Assembly: GCA_030265395.1 (NCBI GenBank)
Contig: JARFYF010000007.1
Span: 54,295,259 to 54,359,258 of the forward strand
Length of the DNA stretch: 64,000 nt
Reading direction: 5' to 3'
DNA from: Rhina ancylostomus
Taxonomy: Eukaryota
In this document: positions 25,540-38,599 of the stretch, piece after piece
Position numbering within the stretch: the first letter of the stretch is position 1
How the letters are laid out: every line of letters starts with the position of its first letter
Program-made: the position numbers and the translations under genes
Notes under the pieces: generated by a model
What the model was told of the DNA's origin: nothing
Databases searched by the model: none
Seen by the model: the letters and a program-made list of their open reading frames with translations, nothing else

Positions 25540-26520
25540 ACAGCAAATATAGAATAGCAGCAATCAAAGGCATACAGCATATCACTAACATGGGGATGAC
25601 CTTGTCTGTATGTTAGTGGAGCTACAAACTAAAGAATGACAGCATTTACTCCTAAGCAGAAAAAGAACAAAACTAACCACTAAATAATAGCACATGCAGT
25701 TCATGATAGACCAGCCCTAATTCCTGACTGAAAGCACACATCCAGAAAATGCTGGACCAAATCTGGAATAAAACACACATCCAAAGCAACCCACACCTAC
25801 ACCACAATAACTAAAGCTTAATCTATAAAGCTATATCTACTGCAGAATTATTTCATTCACACTAAAGCATGCATCACCAGTTCTGGTTTAGCAGCATTTA
25901 TGCCAGAACAGAGAAAAGCATATTTGAAAATAGGAGGAATCCTACTCACAACTTGAGCAAAAATCCTTCTGAAACAAATCTGAACGAAGATAAAAACAAC
26001 CTGCATCCCACAAGTGAACAAAACCATTACACAGACAGAAAACCAACCTGGAATAATAGTGCAAACATCACAACAGAACAAAGCAAGCTCCATAATACCG
26101 TCTCTCTCACCCAAAATATGTGTGAGAAACTTCAGATTCACATCGAAGCAAAGCAACAGCAGAATTAACACTTGAAAGAAGTGATATGATCCCCACAAGA
26201 TCACAAGAGCTTGAACAGAAGAATGCTAACTCTAGAAAAATAACATTTATATTCCATGGGAGAATTAGCAACTTCAGAAGAAACACGCACTGGATGAGTG
26301 GGGCGCCAGCTCTAACTTAACAGCATCCATACCTGAACTTAACAGCAGCAACCCCAGAATCACAGTACAACACTGCCATAGAGCAAAATCAATTCAAGAG
26401 CAACAGTCCTCACCAGGAAGGTACAATGCTAACTCCAATAATAACAGAATCCCACGAGCACCTGCTCCAGAATAGCTAATGGTAACAAAGCAGGACCATT
26501 CCTTAATTCACAAATATGAC
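25540..26520. repeat. Degenerate 41-42-bp tandem repeat, block 1
   Basis: Recurring (A)CTCCAGAATAACAGCA-like motif; strong A/C excess on the + strand. Confidence 0.65.
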
Positions 26521-26959
26521 AGAATAATTGTCATTGGTGGCCCATTTGATGTTACTCTTGCCTTTGNNNNNNNNNNNNNNNNNNNNNNNNNNNNNNNNNN
26601 NNNNNNNNNNNNNNNNNNNNNNNNNNNNNNNNNNNNNNNNNNNNNNNNNNNNNNNNNNNNNNNNNNAACTGCTAAAGAGGTTAATCACTTGCAATATTAA
26701 AAGTGTATGTATCTGGTTTCACACAAGTTGTGTGCACTTCTCCTGCTTATCCTACCGTTACACGGATTTTATCAAAACTGCCAATATGGCATTCTCTCAA
26801 TTATACAAAAAATGAACCGATATATTTATAGTGGATGAATTGCTTCTTGTCTTTTGGGTTATTCGCAGGCCTAATTAATTGCATATATTATAAAACATTT
26901 GGTGTCGCATCTGTGATCAAGAAATCACAGGAGTATAATATGAATTATGGATTAAAAAT

Positions 26960-27600
26960 ATTCAGTTCATTAAAGATTGAGCATGAATTTACAAAAAGCA
27001 TAGATTTCATCTGATGAACCTGACTGAACTTTTTGAAGAGTTGACTAAAGCAGTGAAAGAGTGAATGTCTATTGATGTTATTTATTTGGTCTTCTAGGCA
27101 TTTTGTGATGCCCTACATGTTAGTTAAATTTTAAGTTCATCCAATTGAGTGAAGCACCATTGATCTCATCAGGAAATTGGCTGAACAGCAAGAAGGAAGA
27201 GGCTAACAGAATGCAAATGGCAGGCTGATGGATCCCCCAAGGATCTGTGTTGCTGAAATATTCATAAGCCACTGAGGTGATGCCAAAGAAAGCCTCATAT
27301 CTGAGTTTGTTAATAGCACAAATGCAGAAGGTGCTCTGAATTTCATAAAAATGAATGGGTAAAACTGTGGTGAAAGTGAGATTATCCATTCCCATCCCAG
27401 AAAGGATAGAACAGAGTATTTGCTGTATGATGAAAAGCTGGAAGCAGTTGCAAAGATTTAAGGTCTATGCACATATATCAGTTGGTGTCATGAATAGATA
27501 TAGAAAACAAGCTATTAAAATACTGCCCTTTATATCCAAAGGACAGGAATACAAGTAGGTAAAGATAAGCTAACACTAGACAAAGCCTGGTGAGAACACA
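26960..27600 (+). mobile_element. Highly decayed CR1 RT fragment
   Basis: LMNLTELFEELTKAV...IDVIYLVF*AF; later LPFISKGQEYK. Confidence 0.7.
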
Positions 27601-28059
27601 ATGCCAATCTTCCCAGCAGCGGCCCAGATAGGGATGAGCCCTTTAAATAATACTGGAGCATTCTGTAACCCTCCAATTAAGACCTTCTCGTGGAGGCTTA
27701 TAAATCACATACACACGGTAGAATATTGCACAAATAGCATGAACCAAATGGAGGACTGTCCTTTAGTTAGCAGAAGTATTCTACAAAAGTATTCAACTGT
27801 TTGGTGATTGGTTACTGATAAAATCTGTTGCATAGCACAGAAAAGTGTACTATGTGGCAGAGTTAGGTCACCTTCTCCTCTTTGGAGAGGGAGTTGCAGG
27901 TAATCAGGGTTGAGGAGCTAAGTAGTCTGTCACGATTATAATGTGACATTCAGGTCTTGGTTTTCCAGTGAATGGGACATCCTGTGGTCAAGAATGGCTC
28001 TGTCAGAGCAACACCAGAATAATAGTATTAACACTTAAACAAAGTGTCCATCTCTGGAA

Positions 28060-28420
28060 TAATTTTATTAATTCATGTAGGTGTCACTAGCAAGATCAGT
28101 AAAGATTGTCTATTAATAACTGCCCTGTGAATGGAATGGTTTACTCAGCCATATCATAGGAAAATTACAAGGCAATCACATGGCTTAGGGTCTGAGGTCA
28201 TATGTTGGCTAGATCAGGTATGCATGATAGATTTCTTTTCATAAAGGCCGTGTGAATCAGAGATTTTAGATAATCCAGGGTTCATGGCCTCTATTTCCAA
28301 TACTCGCTTTTATTCCAGATTTAAATCACGCAGCTGCTGTGATTGGATTCCAACACATGTCATAGATAAATAGTCCTGATTCTGTATTCCACTCATCAAG
28401 TGATCACTTTGCACCATTCC
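28060..28420 (-). mobile_element. Decayed tRNA-derived SINE sharing its 3' tail with LINE family B
   Basis: Left end resembles 11070-11140. Minus strand AAATCTGGAATAAAAGCGAGTATTGG...CCATGAA resembles 63040-63330. Confidence 0.55.
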
Positions 28421-29307
28421 CCTATATTAAGCAAACCCATCACTAGAAGCAAATAGGTACTTCATGATGCACATGGTATATGTTTAGTGATATCATCAGT
28501 GATGTCATTGTTTAAAACTACACATCAATGGTTCATGAACTGCTGGTTCTTGAAAGATAGCATTAATAGAGTATTGCAACCTATTCCTTTCCAGGCCAGT
28601 CCCACAGAGTGTATGGCCTCGATCCTCCTTGGGCTAGTTTCTGTTTTAACTTCCCACTTGTAGTGATCGTCCTTGCTGCCCACAACCATTTTCCACTTTT
28701 TGCCAGGATCCTTTTGGTCCCTTGGATGTTTCCCACCACCCACAGATCATTTCTCCCATATTGCTGTTGTTCTCCCTGGTGTTCTGACCTTCTCCTCTAA
28801 CCCTTACCCAAACTTTTCCTCAGTACCCCTTGGGCACAATTACCTACTCATTCACAACAGTTTTCTTCCAACTATCTTATCCCAGATTATTTCCCCACAG
28901 TGAGTCTCTCTCCAAGCTCCCAGTTTCCTCCACTCACAACAAAACCTCTAACTCCCTCACATAACTCCAACAATAGCCCCTCAGCCTTTCTATGCAATCA
29001 TGCTGCCTGACACTCTTCCAACCTCTGTGGTCGGGGGTCATGAGGTAAGGCCTTTGAGGGTGATAACACATTAACAGTATATACCAGTACGCACAATGCT
29101 TTGGGGATGTCCATGATTGAATACCAGAACCTCAAGGACTTTGCATCAATTACCACATGAAAATGCATGTCGGAGCATCTCTAGCAAACCTCCCCCCCCC
29201 CCACCACCCCCCAACCTCATNNNNNNNNNNNNNNNNNNNNNNNNNNNNNNNNNNNNNNNNNNNNNNNNNNNNNNNNNNNNNNNNNNNNNNNNNNNNNNNN
29301 NNNNNNN

Positions 29308-30200
29308 TAGAACACTGGAAATTAACATACTAACTCTAGTCTAAAGATAGTCATGAAATAAAGCTACACATAGCTCAGAAAACATAGTGCACAGTTGCAC
29401 AACAAATTGAGAAAACAAGCAACTGTAACTCAAATAGATTGGCACCAACTTTAGAACACTGGAAATTAACATACTAACTCTAGTCTAAAGATAGTCATGA
29501 AATAAAGCTACACATAGCTCAGAAAACAATATTGACCCCAAAAATAACTATACCAACTCCATCATAACAGCATTCACCAGCCAAACAGAACAGCAAGTCT
29601 GGAACAGTAGCACAAGTCTGGAACAGTAGCACATCTGGCTGAATGAAACAGTAACCTCCAGCTATGTACATAACCCTAACAGAGCAACAGGTAATCCAGA
29701 ACTGAAGTAGAACCCAAACAGAGCAAACCCACTGCAAAATAAAAACAAACAACTTAACCTGCAATAACTCCATATTAACAACACAAACCCAAACAGAGCA
29801 ACAGTAACTCCTGAATAACAACATTCATTTGTAAAGCAAGCCTGAATCCAGAATAATAGCATTTATATGCCAACAGAAAAATGTTTACTCAGGCACAACA
29901 CTTGCAGACCAATAGAGCAAAACACACTCCAAAAACACAGCAAACAACCTAGAAAGGGTTGTTTAGAATATAAATTACAACTACACAGAATGACAGTTAC
30001 TTGGTCCACATACATCACCTGCTCCAGATTAATAGCCCATAATCAGGAGTTCTTCAAGACAGTAACCTATGTCCAATCATTTCTGGCTGCTTCATCACAG
30101 AGTTTGCCTGCAGAAGTGATGTTCCCAGCAATAATGTTTACAGCTTCTCAGAAAATAAAGCACTTTGTAACTGTATGCAAAACTCAGGCAAGGGTCATAT
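29308..30200. repeat. Degenerate 41-42-bp tandem repeat, block 2
   Basis: Units such as CCAACTCCATCATAACAGCATTCACCAGCCAAACAGAACAGC; contains a 77-bp exact duplication and a 19-bp tandem duplication. Confidence 0.75.
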
Positions 30201-30204
30201 ATGA

Positions 30205-30985
30205 CATAATGACCATATCCGACGAGAGAGATTCTAACACCTCTGATGTTCAATGGCAACGCCATTAACAAACCCCCATCAAACTTGGGATTCATCATTG
30301 ACCAGGCACTTATCTGGAGCCAGATAAATGCCGTGGCTACAAGAACAGGTGAGAAAATTGATTTTCAAAAGCAAGTGGCCCCACCTACTGAGTCTTCAAA
30401 GCCTTTCCATCAGCTGCAAGGCACAAGGCGAGAGTGCAGTGGAAGACCCTACATTTGCTTGGAGGAGTATGACTCCAAGGAGTGCTCAAGAAGCTTGACA
30501 CCTTCCAGGATAAACCAGCTTCATGACTTGTGGCTAGTCCATCACCATGCCCTCCTGTGCACTATGGCTGCAGTGAGTACCATCCACAAACTGCATAGAA
30601 ACATCTTAATCAATCATTTTGACAGCCCCACCAAAACCCAAATGACTTCTGTTGGCTGAAAGGAGAAACACGTGGAAGTATCATCAGCTACAGTTTTCCC
30701 ACTAAGCCACATATCATTTTGCTGTTTAAATATATTGGCATTGCTTTCTTGTCACTGAGACAAATTATTGCCACTGTTATTCTGGTGTTGGATCCATTCA
30801 AAGTATAGGCTTTTGCTGTTGGATTTAGTATTTATTTGGGTATCTAGTTAACTCTACTGTGGTAGTAGCTTCACTGCAAAGGCTGCAGTGGTTCACGAAC
30901 GCAGTTCATCACTCAATTTTCAAGAAGATTTAGTGATGGGCAGTAAACACTGTCCTTAACACATTGCCCACATCACATTAAGCTA
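30205..30985 (+). mobile_element. Decayed LINE family B 3' portion inserted in the tandem array
   Basis: Colinear with 56000-56690. Confidence 0.7.
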
Positions 30986-30989
30986 TGAA

Positions 30990-33950
30990 GCAACCCACCC
31001 AAAGCAACACTCTGGAAATAACAGCTTTACCAATCTAATCAGATCAATAACAATTTATGATAATTAATACTCAGAGCCACACCCAGTCAAGCAAACAGAA
31101 GAGAGTAAAAATAGTAACCTGAGAATAACTTAAAACAGCAGGACAGAACACTAAATCCATAACAACAGTAATCTTTTCCAATGAGCAGCTTCAATTTCAG
31201 AGTAACAGACTCACCCGTGAGTAATAATTACTCCAGAATTACAGCAAACTAACCAAAAAGCACAAAACTAAATTAACATAAAACAAACATACAACAGAAT
31301 AGAGCAATACCAGCTTCAAAATAACAGCAGTCAGTCATACAAGAACAATGGAACACTCATTCTAGAATAACTACTTGCAGTTCCAAACAAGAATAAAGCC
31401 AACTCAAGTAGTACATATGCTGGGACACAAAAGTTCAGATTGACAGCTTCACTGAACAAAATGACTTCAGCTAGATCAGATAAACCACCTAGCTGAGCAT
31501 AAATCAGGTCCAAATAATACTTTGAAATAAAGCAACCCTAATTCCAAACTATTGATATCAGGAAAATGAAACTATAATAATATCAAGCTTATCCAACAAA
31601 ATGAAACCAATTCCAGAATAGGAAAATTAAGAACCAGATTAATAACATCACCTCCAAAATAACCACTTCTGCTTCAAAGAAGAACTACACCAACTCCAAA
31701 ATAATAATATTCATCCTCACATTGAACACCACAAACTCCAGATTAAAAACATTTGCACACAATGAAAGCTACACTTGCTCCAGACTGAAGCAACAGCAGC
31801 TCCAGAATACCAGCAGTATACACTCAAATGTAAATGCTAAATAACTCCTCTTAGACATTCAGGTGGATCAAACACAATTCCAAATTCAGAACAGCAACTC
31901 TAAAATAACAAAAATAAGCAATGATTCCAGATTAATATTTTTATCTGAACACAAGGCCAAATCTAAAATACTAACATTCACCCCAAACTGAGAATCATCA
32001 ATTCAGAATAACAGTATTCACAAAGCTATACTAAGTGCAGAACACACTGGTGTATACACACTATAACAGCATTACCAATTCCAGAATAACATAATTGAAC
32101 AAGGCAAAATCTATACCAAAATAATATAAAATATTCAAAATAGCAACATCACCACTGGAATAACAACACTGCCCCCTCCTTGAAGAGAACACCACTGGGA
32201 CCTTAATCATTCACCTGAAAACCCAGCCATTTTCCCAGCAAAACATTCACAGCTGAACAAAGCAAGATCAATTCTAGAATGAAAGATTTTCTCATTGCAA
32301 AAGTAGCATGAACTCGAGAATAACAGCATTCACCACCAAACAGTGAAAATGATCTCCAGTTTATCAGTAAATGGTACACAAAGGAAAATCGGCTTAAGAA
32401 TGACTGCATTTGTCTCAGAACAGCACAACACCCAATTGAGAATAAAACTATTCATGCCTATATAGCAACCCCTATTTCAGAATTATACATGCACCCAAAA
32501 TGAGCAGCACCATCTCCAGATTAATACCATGAGTACTGAAGAAACAACATGAACTCCAGTGTATCTACACAAGCACACAAAAAGCCAACCTGGCTCTGGA
32601 GCATCACACACCAACAAACATTAGAGTACAAGAGCTAGAGTGTGGTGGGATAAAGCAGAGCCAACTCCACACCAAAGACTGCACCAGTTTCTCTGCATAA
32701 ACATATACAGACCAAATGAGATCAGCACTAACTTCAGAATATTAACATTCACATTAAAAATAAATACAAACTTCAGCATAACAGCATTCCCAGTGGAACA
32801 AAACAATGATAATAAATTAAAGCACCTGCAGCAAGTTGGGCCAAATCATTTCCAGCATTCACTCCCAAATAGGGCAACTTCAAATTCAAAATCAAAGACT
32901 CAGTGAGAAAGCAAATATCATGTCCAAACTATTTACAGACATCAGAGCAGAGTAGTACCAACTTTAGAATCACTGAATTCACACTCAAACAAGCAAAACT
33001 ACAGAATAAAAGTACTCTCATCTAAACAGGAAATCAAAATCCAAACAAAATCTTAAGATTAACACCATTCTTACATGCAGATAACAAAACTAACTTCAGC
33101 ACAGAAACATCCACACCCCCCCAAAAAAAGCCAAACATAACAGTAACACGCACACACCATTGGATTTCTGGAATAAAAGCACACACACACCTCCAGAATA
33201 ATAGCACCCACAAAAAAAGAGGAATAGAAATGTACTCATCCTTTCAACAAAACAAACCCAAATCCAGATTAATACACACTACTGAGTAGGGTAAAACCAA
33301 ACAGTGATTCCAGCTCCACCTACTCCATAATAAAAGCACACATAAATGCCCACACATGTAGGGTAAAACCATTGAGACTCAAGCACTCAGAACAACTGCA
33401 ACACAAGAAAAATAGCACACATTCCCAAAATGAGCAAAATTGACTTCAAAATAGCAACACCTACACATCCAAGCTGAGCAAAGCCAAATCTAAAGGAACA
33501 GAAATCAAACAAATGAGGAAAAAGATAATCCCTTTCACACACCTGTCGAAGAGCAAAACCCACTGCGGAGTAACAACACTCACTCCTTAAACTCAGCAAA
33601 AGAATTAAAGTGACAGCACATATACTAAAATAGGACAAAAACAACCCTAAAGTAACAATAATCATAATTATAAAAGGAGTACACTGACTGAAAATAACAC
33701 CTATATACACTGGTAAAAGAGGAACGCCATCTCCAGAGTAACATCTTTCAAGCTCATATAGAACAACATCAGCTTTAGGATAACATCACTCACATGCCCA
33801 ACAAGAACAATCCAGACTCTAAAACAAGTCACACAACTAAATCACGTCACTCTCATATCTAAGTGGAGTGAAACAGAATCTAATCAACAGTGCTCACATG
33901 GCTTATAAGAGCAAGACTGCTTCCAAAGTCATATCTCCCGAGCAAAGCAA
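30990..33950. repeat. Degenerate 41-42-bp tandem repeat, block 3 (largest)
   Basis: Adjacent 42-bp units at about 31692-31775: AACTCCAAAATAATAATATTCATCCTCACATTGAACACCACA and AACTCCAGATTAAAAACATTTGCACACAATGAAAGCTACACT. Confidence 0.85.
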
Positions 33951-33954
33951 TGTA

Positions 33955-35230
33955 GACATAAAATCATCAAAGACAGCCATTATGGATTTATGAAGGGAAA
34001 GTCTTTCCAATCTAACTTACTGGTTTCCTTTCAGGATGTGACAAAGGAGCTTGATCGGGGTAAGGCTGTGGTTGAAGTATACTTGGAATTCAGTAAGGCC
34101 TTGGACACTGTTCTTCTGGACAAGCTGGTACTGAAAATAAAGAAAGCGGGAATCAGTGGAAATATTTAACATTGGATACGTAATTGGTTGACCATTAGAA
34201 CCCATTATGTTGTGTTACATGGATCAAAAGCAGCCTTGGAGAATGTTACTGTGAGATCCCACAATGGTCTGCTTTGGAACCTTTAATATTTTTGTAAAAA
34301 TCAGGAGCTAGGAGCTACAAGCAAACTGACTTAATTTGCAGATTATACAAAGCTAATGAAGGTGACATTCAAATGCTAAACAGGTAAACTATCTGAGGAT
34401 TGAATATACTTCCGATAAAGACAGAAAATGCCGGAACACACAGAGGTGATGTAGGATCTGGGAAAAGAGAAACTATTTCTCTTTTCACAGATTCTGCCTG
34501 ACCCATTTAGTGTTTCTAGCATTTTTTGTTTTATTTCGGATTTCCAGTATTTATCGATTTGTGATTTTTCAATATACTTCAGAATTGGGTAGACAGGTGG
34601 AAGATGAAGTTCACTAAAGAGAAATACCAAATGTTTCACAGATTGACAATGAAATCTAGGCAGGGATTATTGCCTATTTGTAATAAAATATTGAGGATAG
34701 AAAATAAAACAGATCTGGCCTTTCTCATTGACAATAAATCAAAGCAATCACATCTATGTTCATCAGCATTAAGTAAAACAAATCAGATGTTGGAATGTAT
34801 AAATAGAGATTGAGCTGAAAAAATGAGGCAGCCCAGGAACACTGTAAAATGCTTATGCAAGTGGACTTTGAATAATATCCACTTTTATTTGTAACATAAC
34901 AAAAATATACTAAAACTGTTGAAAGCACATGGAAAAGGGCAGCTTGAAAGATCCAATGAATGAAAGGATTGGATTGTTATATAACTTGAACATGTGCTCA
35001 TTGGAAAATAGAGGACCGAGGTAAAATGACTGCTGTTTTTTTTTTAAGCATTATAAAGGGATTGATGATGGCTCATCTTGTTCTAAACAGCAGAACCAGA
35101 AAACACAATCTGTATTTAAAGAGGGTTAAGTTCAAAAGTTATCTGTGGAAACTAAGTGATCAGCCAACTGATAGAATAGGTTCTCAAGGGAAATGGTGGA
35201 TTTACTCCAAAGCAATTAACTAGTTTTCTT
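33955..35230 (+). mobile_element. Decayed CR1 LINE (RT to 3' region)
   Basis: IIKDSHYGFMKGKSFQSNLLVSFQDVTKELDRGKAVVEVYLEFSKALDTV; FADYTKL; LNILQNWVDRWKMKF. Confidence 0.88.
34413..34570. mobile_element. 158-bp fold-back Penelope-repeat insertion inside CR1
   Basis: Perfect 10-bp TSD AATATACTTC at 34403-34412 and 34571-34580. Hairpin centre GAAAAGAGAAA-CTA-TTTCTCTTTTC. Removing the insert restores the CR1 frame LNILQNW. Confidence 0.88.
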
Positions 35231-35509
35231 CTATTAAATAATATATTGTGGTGCACCGGAAAGTTTCAACTTTACAAATGGTCTGCATAATATCTTAGGA
35301 GTGTAAAGTAACTCTGGATCTATATATCACAAAGCTTTCTACTTGGGGTTGTCCTCAGCTCTTATCTGAATTTGTTGCCATTCATTTTGAGGAAGTTGGC
35401 TGTTTTGGTTGGTAATCAACTCCATTATCATTGTATCATACAACCACCATGATGCTAGGTATTAAATGAGGTAGACCTTGATCCTGAATCTTCAAGCAAT
35501 TCCTCTTTT

Positions 35510-35990
35510 CCCAACATCAACTCCAAAATAACAGAACTCTTGCACCCAGACTGAAATAAAATGACAGGATTCACACTATTGAACAGATCAACACCAAATC
35601 TAAAAGGATTTAAAAAAATAAGCAACACTGAGCCAGAAAACCATCATCCATGTACCTGCACAGAATGTTGACTCCTAGAATACTGCCTCTCACACACCTG
35701 TACAGAACACGGACCCTAGAATACTGCATCTCACACACCTGTACAGAACACGGACCCTAGAATACTGCCTCACACCTGTACAGAATACTAACTCTAGAAT
35801 ACTGCCTTTCACACACCTGAATCTAGAACAGCACCATTCATACACCTGTACTGAGTAGAATTGATCTTAGAACAACATCACTCACACAGGAAAACAGAAG
35901 CAGTCTCTAGAACATCATCTCATTGACATTGGACAGAACACTTGATTAGATATTACAGTACATCCTAAAGGGTATACTGGAATAACATTC
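35510..35990. repeat. Tandem repeat block 4 with a homogeneous 41-bp sub-array (about 35655-35900)
   Basis: TACAGAACACGGACCCTAGAATACTGCATCTCACACACCTG in about 4 near-identical copies plus decayed ones. Confidence 0.9.
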
Positions 35991-37029
35991 CTGTGGTGGA
36001 AAAGTGACAAACTCTTTCTTTGCACTAAAATTCAGTTGCAGCCATGACAAAAAAAGTAGGCATTGCACATTTTGCATTCAAGAATGTACCGCCTGGTGCT
36101 CTTCTTCTGAGGCTCAGCTCAGCAGGTTGAGCCTGTACTGAGAGTGAACAGGACAACAGAGGTGTTTTGGGTTCCAGGAGGCCAACAGGATTGGGGCGTC
36201 AGAGAGGCTGGAAGAATCAGGGGAAGGGGGATCTTGAGCAGCCTCAGGGGAGACCAGTCAGGGAGACCAACATCATATTTGCGAGGAACCATATCGGGAC
36301 TGCAGGTTGAAGTGAAGGCAACAGGATGGTTGGCAGGTGGCACTAAAGTGGGGAGAGAGGGGGGATCTTTGGGTCAGAGGTTTGGAGGTGATTCAGTGCT
36401 GGGGTTGGACTGAGGAATTAGTTGAGCTTTTCATTTATCTGAAGGACTCCCAGAACAGATCTGTGAAATTAGAACCCTGTTGTCCCGGCAGTACCCTGTG
36501 ACAGGCACTCTCAGGACAGGCAAGATCCCCCTCAATGCTCCTGCTGACAATGATTTGAAGCGTTCACAATTTTGCCCATTAGCATTAAATAAAACAAGTC
36601 TGATGCTGGAATGTAAGAATAGATCAATAAACTAAATCATTGAGATAAGCTGGCAGTCTGCAAAATGCTGGTGCATTTGGCTGTAGAATAATACCCAGTT
36701 TTGATTATTATCCAACAAAAAAGCTGCTTAAACTGTTGAAAGAACAAAAGATCTATTGAATGCAGGACCGAGCACCAGCTCACAAGGGAATACATGGCTG
36801 AAAGGTTAAATCATTGCTTATAGGATTCTGAAGGGACTAGATAATGTGAATCATCACAAGATAGTCATTGTGTTGGGATTACAAAGGTGACTTTCAATAT
36901 GATGTGTCAGGTCATATTGCCATGATTTGACCTGGAAATGGTTGCAGGCACAATTTAGCATGGGTTAAATAGAGTTGTAATTGCATAGCATTGAGAAACA
37001 GTGCTTTATGACCCAATTTATAGATAACC

Positions 37030-37800
37030 GTTTCTCACTCACACAGCTGAACAAAATACCAGCAATTTAAAAATACTACCACTCATACACTCCAACAGAA
37101 CAAGAGGCTCTCAAAAACCAGAGTACTGACACACCCAAAATGAGCAAGATGGACTCTACTCCCAATTCCATTACAGAGAAGGATAAACAGTAAAATAACA
37201 GCAGTCACACTTGCCAGTGCAGCAATATGGACTCCAAAAATATCACACACCCAAACAATATACATATTTCTGAAGAAAGAAACACCCCATTTTAATTATG
37301 ACCATTCGGTGCGATATTTGAAGCCAGTAATATTGACACTAAAACAGGAGCACCTACCTAACAGAACAGAGCCTGCAAACAGCACAATGGACAGATTTGT
37401 ACACAATTATACTCTCTAAAATGGCAACACTCATCCATTCAAATAAAACAAAATTAACAGTAAAGCATCAGCATCTTGTCATGTTACCAAACCAATGCTG
37501 GTTACAAAATAATACTGTTCTCATACTCACAGAATGAACATGTCTAAAAGTCAAATAGTTATTGGCGGAACCATCTTCAAACTATTGGCATTCATTCCGT
37601 TAAACACAGCAAGACTGGCTCCAAGAGATCTGCTTGCATTCAGGACCAGAGCAAAATAAATCAAAACAGCACCACCTACACACCCAACTGGAACAAAATG
37701 CACCTTTAAATTATAGCAGCATTCACGCATCAAAGGAAGTAACAACAACTACAAGTAACAACATGCACTTGTGAACTGAGCAGCACTAACTTCAGTATAG
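37030..37800. repeat. Degenerate 41-42-bp tandem repeat, block 5
   Basis: Same motif and skew; further pieces at about 38330-38600 and 40070-40230. Confidence 0.65.
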
Positions 37801-37934
37801 TCTAGTGTGAGGTAGCACATTTTCAAAGGAAGATCCTTGTGTTTAAATGACAGGAAGAAATGCTTTTCACAGCCTCAGGTTATCCCACAGTCATTGACAG
37901 ACTTTGGAAGTGCAGCCACTGTAGAAATCGGAAA

Positions 37935-38330
37935 TATGAAGTGGTGGAGAAGTGCAAAAGAACCTAGGGGTCCAGTTACAAAAATCACTGAAAGCAGTGA
38001 TTAATATAACCAAGAAAGAGCAAACAAAGGCCAGGGTTTCCACCCCTGAGGGTTGAAAGAAAAAGGTATGTTAAAAAGAAAGTCACTAATAAATTCAATA
38101 GGAAGCTCAGAAATAGTTAGATTGTGGAATTTGCCACCATAAGGAATAGCTTAGGCAAATAAGAAAGGTGCATTTAAAATCAAGGTAACAGAAATGAGGG
38201 AGAAAAGAATTAAAAGATACTTTGCTTGCGTATGGTTGAAGAAGGATGCTAGGAGGCTTTTGAGAAGTATACCCAAGTGAATGGAAAAGTTGGGTGAATG
38301 TCTGTTTCTGTACAATACTGTGTAAATAAT
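37935..38330 (+). mobile_element. Decayed CR1 3' fragment
   Basis: AACCTAGGGGTCCAGTTACAAAAATCACTGAAAG and GATTGTGGAATTTGCCACCA...GCATTTAAAATCAAG resemble a CR1 3' region. Confidence 0.5.
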
Positions 38331-38599
38331 ATTACACTTGTTCCCGAACAGAGTGACACTGGCATAAATATATCATACCTCTTACAGCTCAACGGAGCAA
38401 TATTGACTCTGCAATAATAGCACCCACACACACAAAAAAAAGCAAGAATGACTGCAAAATAACAGCACTTAGGGATATTAACAGCACACTGGTTCTACAA
38501 CACCACTTACACAAATAAATTGAGCAGCACCAGCTCAACAATACTTTTGCTCAAGAGCTGGGAAACACCTGCACAAAAATAACCGTACTCTTACACCTG

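Noticed and set aside
28600-29030. C/T-rich stretch resembling an old L2 LINE (also 51880-52120)
   Set aside because: Too decayed for motif-level support.
29308-29528. 77-bp exact repeat with 144-bp spacing
   Set aside because: Starts at a gap edge; cannot be distinguished from an assembly artefact.
35655-35900. CRISPR-like regular repeats
   Set aside because: Head-to-tail units with no unique spacers, no cas genes, and a eukaryotic context.
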